A DNA stretch of 64,000 nt from an uncultured Hyphomicrobiales bacterium (lineage in GTDB: Bacteria; Pseudomonadota; Alphaproteobacteria; Reyranellales; JAQSWP01): contig CAYWLS010000005.1 of the NCBI GenBank assembly GCA_964458605.1, positions 81,244 through 145,243 of the forward strand, in the 5' to 3' direction. A program made the position numbers and the translations under genes. Below the pieces are notes generated by a model. The model worked only from the letters and a program-made list of their open reading frames with translations. It had not been told where the DNA came from and searched no databases. Below, one piece after another: positions 10,040-17,405 of the stretch (position 1 is the stretch's first letter; each line of letters opens with the position of its first letter).

Positions 10040-12367
10040 ATGAGCGTTCCGCCCGCCAGAACCGGCCGCCTGGAGGATGCCCGCTTCCTTACCGGACGCG
10101 GCCGCTTCATCGCCGACCGCCAGAGATCCGACATGCTGCATGCCGTGGTGCTGCGCTCGCCCGTCGCCCATGCCCGCATCGGCGGCATCGACACGGCAGC
10201 GGCAAAGGCGATGCCCGGCGTGGCCGGCGTGTTCACCGCCGCCGATCTGCAGACACTGGGCCCGCTGGCCTGCCCGGTCGAACTGACCGGCCATGACGGC
10301 AAGCGCTTCGTCGAGCCGGCCCGTCCGGTGCTGGCGGGCGCGCAGGCGAAATATGTCGGCGAGGCGGTGGCGCTGGTGGTGGCGCGATCCTTGGACCAGG
10401 CGCGCGATGCCGCCGAGGCGATCGCGGTAGCGTACCACGATCTGCCGGCGCTGAGCGATGCGCGTGCCGCGCTCGAGCCGGGCGCACCGCAGATCTGGCC
10501 CGAGGCGCCCGGCAATCTGGCGTTCGACTGGCGGCGCGGCGACGAAGCGGCCACCGCCCATGCCTTCGCCCAGGCCGCGCATGTGGTGCGACTCGACACC
10601 CGCAACAACCGGCTGGTGGGCGGCGCGCTGGAAACGCGCGGCGCCATTGCCGCCCACGACCCCGCCACCGGCGTCACCACCTTGTGGACACCCTCGCAGG
10701 GGGCGCATTTCCTGCGCGACCTGCTGGCCGATCGCGTGTTCGGGGAGCCGCGCGAAAAACTGCGCGTGGTGACCGAAGACGTGGGCGGCGGCTTCGGCCC
10801 CAAATTCTATCTCTATGCCGAGCAGGCGCTGATCGTGTGGGCGGCGCGACGCCTGGGCGGCACGGTCTGCTGGCAAGCCGAGCGCGGCGAGAACTTCCTG
10901 GCCGAGGCCCACGCGCGCGACCAGTGGACCGAGATGGCGATGGCGCTCGACGCCGAGGGGAAGATCCTGGGACTGCGCGTCGAGGCGATCGCCAATTTCG
11001 GCGCCTATGTCTCTTCCTTCGCGCCCGCCATCCCCACCACCGGCATGGCCAAGGTGCTGTCGGGCCTCTACGCCATCCCGGCGATCCACATGCGCATGCG
11101 CTGCGCCTTCACCAACACGGTGCCGGTCGATGCCTATCGCGGCGCGGGCAAGCCCGAAACCATCTTCGCCCTGGAGCGGCTGATCGATCTGGCGGCGCAG
11201 CGCATCGGGATGGATCGCTTCGAACTGCGCCGCCGCAACCTGATCCGGCCCGATGCCATGCCCTACAAGACCGCGACCGGCGCGATCTACGACAGCGGCG
11301 ATTTCCCGGCGCTGTTCGAGCGGGCGTTGCTGGCGGCCGACATCGCGGGCTTCGCGGCGCGGCGAGCCGACAGCGAAAGGCGCGGGCTGCGGCGCGGGCT
11401 GGGGCTGAGCTGCTACCTGCATGGCACCGGCGGCGCCGCCGACGAGAACGGCGTGGTCGAGATCCATGGCGATGGCCGCATCACGGTGCTGACCGGCACC
11501 CAATCGACCGGCCAGGGCCACGAGACGGCCTATGCCCAGGGCGTGGCCCGGGCGCTCGACGTGCCGCTCGAGCGGATCGAGATACGCCAGGGCGACACGG
11601 CGGCGATCGGGACCGGCGGCGGCACCGGCGGCTCGTCGTCGACCATCATCAGCGTCACCACCATCCATGCCGCCACCGAGAAGCTGGTCGAGCGCGTCAG
11701 GCTGCTGGCCGGCCATCTGCTGGAGGCCGCGCCGCAGGACATCGCCTTGCGCCAAGGCCAGGCGGAGATCGCCGGGACCGACCGGCGGCTGTCGCTGGCC
11801 GAACTGGCGCTGCAAGCCGCCGGCGATGCCCTGCCCGAGGCGCTGCGCGGGCCGCTGGAAGGCCGCGCCAGCTTCAAGGACCAGATCGCCTCCTTTCCCA
11901 GCGGCGTGATCGTGGCCGAGGTCGAGGTCGATGCCGATACCGGGTCGGTGCGGGTCGACCGCCTGATGGCGGTGCAGGATGTCGGCACGGTGATCAACCA
12001 ACAGCTGGTCGACGGGCAGATGCATGGCGGCATCGTCCAGGGCCTGGGCCAGGCGCTGACCGAAAACTGCGCCTACGAGGCGCAAAGCGGTCAGCTGATC
12101 AGCGGCTCGTTCATGGATTACGGCCTGCCGCGCGCCGACGACACGCCGGCGATCGGATCGCTGACCTTGTCGCTGCCTTCGCCGAACAATTCGCTGGGGA
12201 TCAAGGGCGTCGGCGAACTCGGACCGATCGGCGCGCCGCCAGCCATCGTCAACGCCATCGTCGACGCAACGAAGGCTCTGGGAGTATCTCATGTGGATAT
12301 GCCGGTGACGCCACACCGCCTATGGCATACGTTGCTCAGTCGAACGCGCGAGAAACAAACCGACTGA
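10040..12367 (+). CDS. xanthine dehydrogenase/CO dehydrogenase-family molybdopterin-binding large subunit
   Basis: N-terminus GRLEDARFLTGRGRFIADR and a GGGFG motif. Size about 775 aa. No FeS or FAD subunit genes are adjacent. Confidence 0.88.
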   Translation: MSVPPARTGRLEDARFLTGRGRFIADRQRSDMLHAVVLRSPVAHARIGGIDTAAAKAMPGVAGVFTAADLQTLGPLACPVELTGHDGKRFVEPARPVLAGAQAKYVGEAVALVVARSLDQARDAAEAIAVAYHDLPALSDARAALEPGAPQIWPEAPGNLAFDWRRGDEAATAHAFAQAAHVVRLDTRNNRLVGGALETRGAIAAHDPATGVTTLWTPSQGAHFLRDLLADRVFGEPREKLRVVTEDVGGGFGPKFYLYAEQALIVWAARRLGGTVCWQAERGENFLAEAHARDQWTEMAMALDAEGKILGLRVEAIANFGAYVSSFAPAIPTTGMAKVLSGLYAIPAIHMRMRCAFTNTVPVDAYRGAGKPETIFALERLIDLAAQRIGMDRFELRRRNLIRPDAMPYKTATGAIYDSGDFPALFERALLAADIAGFAARRADSERRGLRRGLGLSCYLHGTGGAADENGVVEIHGDGRITVLTGTQSTGQGHETAYAQGVARALDVPLERIEIRQGDTAAIGTGGGTGGSSSTIISVTTIHAATEKLVERVRLLAGHLLEAAPQDIALRQGQAEIAGTDRRLSLAELALQAAGDALPEALRGPLEGRASFKDQIASFPSGVIVAEVEVDADTGSVRVDRLMAVQDVGTVINQQLVDGQMHGGIVQGLGQALTENCAYEAQSGQLISGSFMDYGLPRADDTPAIGSLTLSLPSPNNSLGIKGVGELGPIGAPPAIVNAIVDATKALGVSHVDMPVTPHRLWHTLLSRTREKQTD

Positions 12368-12829
12368 TCGCAATTAATCATGACACTTCAGTCATTTGAT
12401 CGAATTGTCTTAACAAGCCCACAAGCTTGACCGTGTGCTTACTGCAACAGATGAAACATTTTTAGAGGCCAGAACGACGAATCGCCCGCCGATAATCGCG
12501 TCCTGATTTTCCGCATGATGGGTGCAAGTATTCTTCAGCCCTAGCCATGCAAAGCACGAATCGCTGGCGGAATATCGCTGTATTTCAAGGCATTTTCCGC
12601 GATATCGCAAGGCCGCGAGACAATCATTGCGCGAATGACTTTAGGTCGCCAGTTCGCAGAATCGAACGATGCCGTACGTTCGGCGACCATGCTTAATCCG
12701 ATATGTGAAGGATGGCGCGTATTTATTGACTTGGTTTACCTTCGTCCATAACCTATTCACAAAGTTGATCGATTGTCAGATAAGACGCGCGGGGGGACAC
12801 GCGCAGCGAGTTGGGGGACGGTCCAGCAA

Positions 12830-13540
12830 ATGGGCGACCGAGCTATTACCGTTATACTTGCCGACGACCATCGCATGGTTCGCGAGGCCTTGGTGCCGTT
12901 CGTGCGCCGGGTCGGCGACGACGTCACGGTGCTCGAGGCGGGCTCCCTGCCCGAAGTGCTCGAACTGGCCGCCAAGCCGGACCAGATCGACCTCATCGTC
13001 ATCGACCTGTACATGCCGGGCATGCAGGGCATCGCCAGCCTGCGCCAGGTCCGCGAGCGGCGGCCCAACGTGCCGATCGCGGTGCTGTCGGGCTCGGTCA
13101 ATCCCCAGGACATCGAGAGCGCGCTGGACTTCGGCGCCGCCGGCTACCTGCCCAAGACCATGATCGGCGCGGCCTTCGTCAACGCCCTGTCGCTGGTGCT
13201 GAACGGCGAGCGCTTCGTGCCGTCCGAGTTCTACATGGGGCTGCGCGATCGCGGCCCGACCGCCGCCGCCGAGGATCAGGCGTCGGGCGGCAGCAAGGTG
13301 CCGGTCGGCCTCACCTCCCGTCAGTGGGCGGTGTTGCGCGAACTGGTGCTGGGCCGCTCCAACAAGGAGATCGCCAAGGCGCTGGGCATCGAGGAGATCA
13401 CCGTCAAGGTGCATCTGCAGGCGGTGTTCAAGCGGCTGCAGGTTTCCAACCGCACCCAGGCCGCGACCTACGCCATGCAGCGGGGCTGGTTCAGCCGCGC
13501 CGAGGATCGCGGCAGAGGCAACGAGCCCCTGCAAGGCTAG
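12830..13540 (+). CDS. LuxR/FixJ-family response regulator
   Basis: Receiver domain (ILADDH, DLIVIDLYMPGMQG) plus a C-terminal LuxR HTH (SNKEIAKALGIEEITVKVH). ATG 12830 chosen inside ORF 12773..13540. Confidence 0.88.
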   Translation: MGDRAITVILADDHRMVREALVPFVRRVGDDVTVLEAGSLPEVLELAAKPDQIDLIVIDLYMPGMQGIASLRQVRERRPNVPIAVLSGSVNPQDIESALDFGAAGYLPKTMIGAAFVNALSLVLNGERFVPSEFYMGLRDRGPTAAAEDQASGGSKVPVGLTSRQWAVLRELVLGRSNKEIAKALGIEEITVKVHLQAVFKRLQVSNRTQAATYAMQRGWFSRAEDRGRGNEPLQG

Positions 13541-13543
13541 CCC

Positions 13544-14881
13544 GTGTCGTCGTCGCAGCCAGGCGCTACCGGCGCCGCCGCTGCGCCCCCGTCTTCCGAC
13601 CAGGACCAGAAGCCCGCCGCCGAAGGGGCGGATCGCGCCGGCACGCCCTCCCCTGTCGCCCCAGGCGAGCCGACAGCCGCCGGAACCGGCGAGACGCGCG
13701 GCCGCAAAGGCGCCTCCCCGCCCCGCCTGAGCGAAGCGCGCCTGGCCGAGATGCAGCGCCTGGAAACGGTCGGCCGACTGACCGGCGGCGTGGCGCACGA
13801 CTTCAACAACATCCTCACCGTCGTGATCGGCAATGCCGAGCTGCTGCTGGAAAACCTGCCGCCCGGCGACCCCAGCCGCCACCTGGCCGAGGTGACCCTG
13901 GCGGCGGCGCGCTCGGGCGCGGATCTGGTGCGCATGCTGCTGGCCTATTCGCGCAGCCAGCCGCTGCAGCCGGTCGAATTCAACGCCAACATGCTGGTCG
14001 AGGAGATGCTCGATCTGCTGGTGCGCTCGCTGGGGGCGCGGATCAGGATCGAGACCGCGCTGGATCCGGCGCTATGGGGCATCCGTGTCGATCGCGCCCA
14101 GCTCGGATCGGTGCTGCTCAATCTTGCCGTCAACGCGCGCGACGCCATGCCCCAGGGCGGCGTCCTGCACATCGCCACCCAGAACCTGACGCTCGACAAG
14201 CCGGCGGCAGCCGCGGCCAAGCTGGCGGCAGGCGACTATGTCGGCATCGCCGTCGCCGACAGCGGCACGGGAATCGCGCCGGAAGTAGCCGAGCGCGTGT
14301 TCGAGCCGTTCTTCACCACCAAGCAACCCGGTCGCGGCAGCGGGCTGGGCCTGGCCATGGTGCAGGGCTTCGTGCGCCAATCCGGCGGCCAGGTGCGTCT
14401 GTCGAGCAGGCAGGGCGCCGGCACCGTCGTGCGCCTCTATATGCCGCGCGCGCAGATCCAGCTCGACCTGCCCAATATCGGCGTCGGCGAGGAGATTCGC
14501 GTGGCGCGCCAGGGCGAGACGGTGCTGGTGGTCGAGGACAACGAGCGGGTGCGCAACTACGTGGTCGAGCGGCTGCGCCGGCTGGGCTACGGCGTGGTCG
14601 CCGCGACCGACGGCAAGTCCGCGCTCCAGGCGCTGCGCAAAGCCGAGCGGGTCGACCTGCTGTTCAGCGACATCGACATGCCGGGACTGGATGGGGCGAA
14701 GCTGGCGGAGCGTGCGCGGCGCGCCAGGCCGCGGCTGCGCATCCTCTTTACATCGGCCCACGCCGATGCCGGCAGCGAACCGGACAAGCGCTTCCGCCAC
14801 GGCCATCGTCTGCTGCTCAAGCCCTATCGCAAGTATGAATTTGCACGGATGGTGCGGATAGCATTGGACGAATTACTATGA
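13544..14881 (+). CDS. hybrid sensor histidine kinase/response regulator lacking TM or sensor domain
   Basis: GTG start 4 nt after the regulator stop. Shows H-box GGVAHDFNNIL, N-box LNLAVNARDAM, G-boxes DSGTGI and GRGSGLGLAM, and a C-terminal receiver (VLVVEDN, DIDMPGLDG). Confidence 0.9.
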   Translation: MSSSQPGATGAAAAPPSSDQDQKPAAEGADRAGTPSPVAPGEPTAAGTGETRGRKGASPPRLSEARLAEMQRLETVGRLTGGVAHDFNNILTVVIGNAELLLENLPPGDPSRHLAEVTLAAARSGADLVRMLLAYSRSQPLQPVEFNANMLVEEMLDLLVRSLGARIRIETALDPALWGIRVDRAQLGSVLLNLAVNARDAMPQGGVLHIATQNLTLDKPAAAAAKLAAGDYVGIAVADSGTGIAPEVAERVFEPFFTTKQPGRGSGLGLAMVQGFVRQSGGQVRLSSRQGAGTVVRLYMPRAQIQLDLPNIGVGEEIRVARQGETVLVVEDNERVRNYVVERLRRLGYGVVAATDGKSALQALRKAERVDLLFSDIDMPGLDGAKLAERARRARPRLRILFTSAHADAGSEPDKRFRHGHRLLLKPYRKYEFARMVRIALDELL

Positions 14882-15211
14882 AATCTTGTGCGTGGCAAAA
14901 AAGTCATAATTTTTAATTGGAACAACCCCTTGTGGATTGAATTTGCCATAAGACTCAAGAGACTCATCCGTTTTGTTGTCAGTCTAAACTAAAGCATTAT
15001 TCAGCTTTTATAACGATCTACTTAATTATCCAAAGTATTAATTCAACAGCACCAGCGAACTATCTGTCTGGAAAGCTTTTTTTAGCCTGAAAACCGCAGA
15101 AAATCAGCGCGTTGCGGCTTGCGCCGCTTCGACTCGGATATTGGGGGAGACAAGGCGGCAAACCCGCCCAGACCCGGTCCGATCTATTCGACCCAGAAGG
15201 AGACATCACTA

Positions 15212-15427
15212 ATGCGTTCCACGCTCGTTCGTTTGATGAAGGATGAATCGGGCGCGACCATGATCGAATACGGTCTGATCGCGGCCCTCGTTTCCGTCGC
15301 TGCCATCGTCGCGCTGACTTCGCTCGGCACGTCGATCCAGAGCATCTTTGGTGTGGTTTCGACCAAGTTGAGTGCCGCGGCCACCGCCGCTCAGGGTTCG
15401 ACTCCGAACCCGAACCCGGCGCCGTAA
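15212..15427 (+). CDS. flp: Flp family type IVb pilin (copy 1)
   Basis: 71 aa. Flp motif G/ATMIEYGLIAALVSVAAIV. GAAGGAG lies 9 nt upstream of the ATG. Confidence 0.93.
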   Translation: MRSTLVRLMKDESGATMIEYGLIAALVSVAAIVALTSLGTSIQSIFGVVSTKLSAAATAAQGSTPNPNPAP

Positions 15428-15454
15428 GGACCTCGCAACCAAACCTCGAAAAAG

Positions 15455-15482
15455 CGGCGCCTTGCCATAACAGGCGGCGCCG
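15455..15482 (+). terminator. GC-rich hairpin after flp copy 1 (possible attenuator)
   Basis: CGGCGCC (15455..15461) pairs with GGCGCCG (15476..15482). It is followed by a T-rich run, ttcctttctctc. Confidence 0.35.
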
Positions 15483-15656
15483 TTCCTTTCTCTCGGCCCG
15501 CAAGGCCGAAGGACCAAAACGTTCGGACGATGCTCCAGCAGCTGGCGCGACGGTTCCGAACACAAACCGGGCCGTTTGATAACGGTCCAAGGAAGAGCAC
15601 GGCGGCGCAAGCCGTCATCAACCGGTCGAAACATTCGACCCAGAAGGAGACAGTCA

Positions 15657-15872
15657 ATGCGTTCCTCGTTTATTCGTCTCATGAAGGACGAATCGGGCGC
15701 GACCATGATCGAATACGGTCTGATCGCCGCTCTGGTTTCCGTCGCCGCGATCGTCGCGCTGACCTCTCTCGGCAGCTCGATCGAAAGCATCTTCACGGTG
15801 GTCTCGACCAAGCTGAGTGCTGCCGCTACCGCAGCCCAGGGCTCGACGCCGAATCCGAACCCGGCGCCGTAG
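15657..15872 (+). CDS. flp: Flp family type IVb pilin (copy 2)
   Basis: 71 aa, with 6 substitutions relative to copy 1. The same attcgacccagaaggagaca leader is duplicated upstream. Confidence 0.93.
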   Translation: MRSSFIRLMKDESGATMIEYGLIAALVSVAAIVALTSLGSSIESIFTVVSTKLSAAATAAQGSTPNPNPAP

Positions 15873-15893
15873 TCTGCCGGCCGTCAGCAATGA

Positions 15894-15932
15894 GGGAACG
15901 GCGCGTGCAACCTCAGAGCGCCCGCCGTTCCC
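15894..15932 (+). terminator. hairpin between pilin genes and cpaA (possible attenuator)
   Basis: GGGAACGGCG (15894..15903) pairs perfectly with CGCCGTTCCC (15923..15932). There is no clear T-tract. Confidence 0.3.
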
Positions 15933-15956
15933 AAAATTCCCAAGAGTTGGGGAGCG

Positions 15957-16520
15957 TTGGGGAATGTCATGTTTGTCGATGCGGTACTTGCCGTCTATGC
16001 CGGGATACTGAGCTGGGCCGCCCTTAGCGACGCCCTGCGGCTGCGCATCCCCAACAACGTGCCGCTGGCTCTGCTGGCGCTGTATCCTCTCTATATTGCG
16101 ATTTCCCATGGCGACCCGATGCAGGCGCTGGCAGCGGCCGGCCTGGCGGCGGTCGTCTTCCTGGTCGGCTTCTTCTTCTTCGCCCGCGGCTGGATGGGCG
16201 GCGGCGACGTCAAGCTGATGAGCGTGGGCGCCCTGTGGGCCGGCCCCGCCCTGCTGCCCGACTTCCTGATCGTGACGGCGCTGGCCGGCGGCGTGCAGGC
16301 GCTGCTCAGCCTGGTGCCGCTTTACAAATTCCTCCCGCACTGGGCGACCCTGGCCTTCGCCATGCCCGGCAGCGCCACGTCGCCGGCCGGGGCGACCGCC
16401 AGCGCCGATGCCCCGGCCGCGGCCAAGCCGCCGCGCCGGCGCAACCTGCCCTACGGAATTGCCATCGCGATCGGCGGGCTCTACGTCGCGGGCCGGCTGG
16501 CCGGCCTGGTCGCGATCTAA
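15957..16520 (+). CDS. cpaA: A24-family prepilin peptidase CpaA
   Basis: Polytopic membrane protein with the GGGDVKLM aspartyl-protease motif. Located immediately after the flp genes. Confidence 0.88.
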   Translation: MGNVMFVDAVLAVYAGILSWAALSDALRLRIPNNVPLALLALYPLYIAISHGDPMQALAAAGLAAVVFLVGFFFFARGWMGGGDVKLMSVGALWAGPALLPDFLIVTALAGGVQALLSLVPLYKFLPHWATLAFAMPGSATSPAGATASADAPAAAKPPRRRNLPYGIAIAIGGLYVAGRLAGLVAI

Positions 16521-16535
16521 CAGGAGGATCTTGCC

Positions 16536-17405
16536 ATGCGCTTCGGAAGGATCGGACTGGTGGCAGCGGCCATCGTGCTGGCCATCGGCACCGCCCTGCT
16601 GGTGCAGAACTGGCTGGAGTCGCAACGCGCGGCGATGAAGCCGCAAGCCGCCAAGCCGGCGCCGACCGTGCGCGTGCTGGTGGCCAAGAGCGACGTCGCG
16701 ATCGGCCAGTTCATCACGCCCGACAACGTCAAGTGGATCGAGTGGCCGGTGGCGGGCGTGCAGCCCACCTTCATGGTCGAGGGCAAGCGCGCAGTCAGCG
16801 ACGTGGCGGGTTCGGTGGTGCGCTACGCCATCGCCGCCGGCGAGCCGATCACCGATGCGCGCATCGTCGCGCCGGGCGATCGCGGCTTCCTGGCCGCCGT
16901 GCTGCAGCCGGGCATGCGCGCCGTGTCGGCGCCGGTGACGGTTACGTCGGGCATTTCCGGCTTCATCTTCCCCGGCGACCATGTCGACGTGGTGCTGGTG
17001 CATGTGTTCAAGCCCGCCAGCGACGGCGACCGCGAACATCGCGCCGGCGAGACGATCCTCACCAACGTGCGCGTGCTGGCGGTCGACCAGAAGACCGACA
17101 GCAAGCCCGGCGAACCGATCGTGGCGCGCACCGTCACGTTCGAGGTCACGCCCAAGCAGGCCGAGACGCTGGCGCTGGTCGCCGACATGGGCAAGCTGTC
17201 GCTGTCGCTGCGCAGCCTGACCAACAACGGCGACGACGACAGCAGCGACCGCTCCGTGTCGTCCGGCGACAAGGGCATGATGCACACGACCTTCACGCTG
17301 GACAGCGACGCCTCGAGCCTGCTGTCCGGCAGCGGCAAGGGAGGCGGAACCGAACGCGTGACGCTGCTGCGCGGCAGCGGCGCATCGTCGGCGAAACCGC
17401 AATGA
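16536..17405 (+). CDS. cpaB: Flp pilus assembly protein CpaB
   Basis: N-terminal TM anchor and CpaB/RcpC-like sequence. AGGAGG RBS. Conserved position in the cpa operon. Confidence 0.88.
   Translation: MRFGRIGLVAAAIVLAIGTALLVQNWLESQRAAMKPQAAKPAPTVRVLVAKSDVAIGQFITPDNVKWIEWPVAGVQPTFMVEGKRAVSDVAGSVVRYAIAAGEPITDARIVAPGDRGFLAAVLQPGMRAVSAPVTVTSGISGFIFPGDHVDVVLVHVFKPASDGDREHRAGETILTNVRVLAVDQKTDSKPGEPIVARTVTFEVTPKQAETLALVADMGKLSLSLRSLTNNGDDDSSDRSVSSGDKGMMHTTFTLDSDASSLLSGSGKGGGTERVTLLRGSGASSAKPQ

Noticed and set aside
9881-12316. 811-aa ORF antisense to the molybdopterin hydroxylase gene.
   Set aside because: The same artefact class. The plus-strand protein has the GGGFG motif and family-typical sequence throughout.
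12410-12610. 66-aa ORF on the minus strand in the AT-rich region upstream of the Tad regulators.
   Set aside because: It has no recognisable motif, odd composition and no start context. I treat it as non-coding.
15119-15211. N-terminal extensions of the flp ORFs in the track (102 and 98 aa versions).
   Set aside because: Internal ATGs at 15212 and 15657 have GAAGGAG ribosome-binding sites. They give canonical ~71-aa Flp prepilins. The upstream codons are basic, non-conserved leader sequence.
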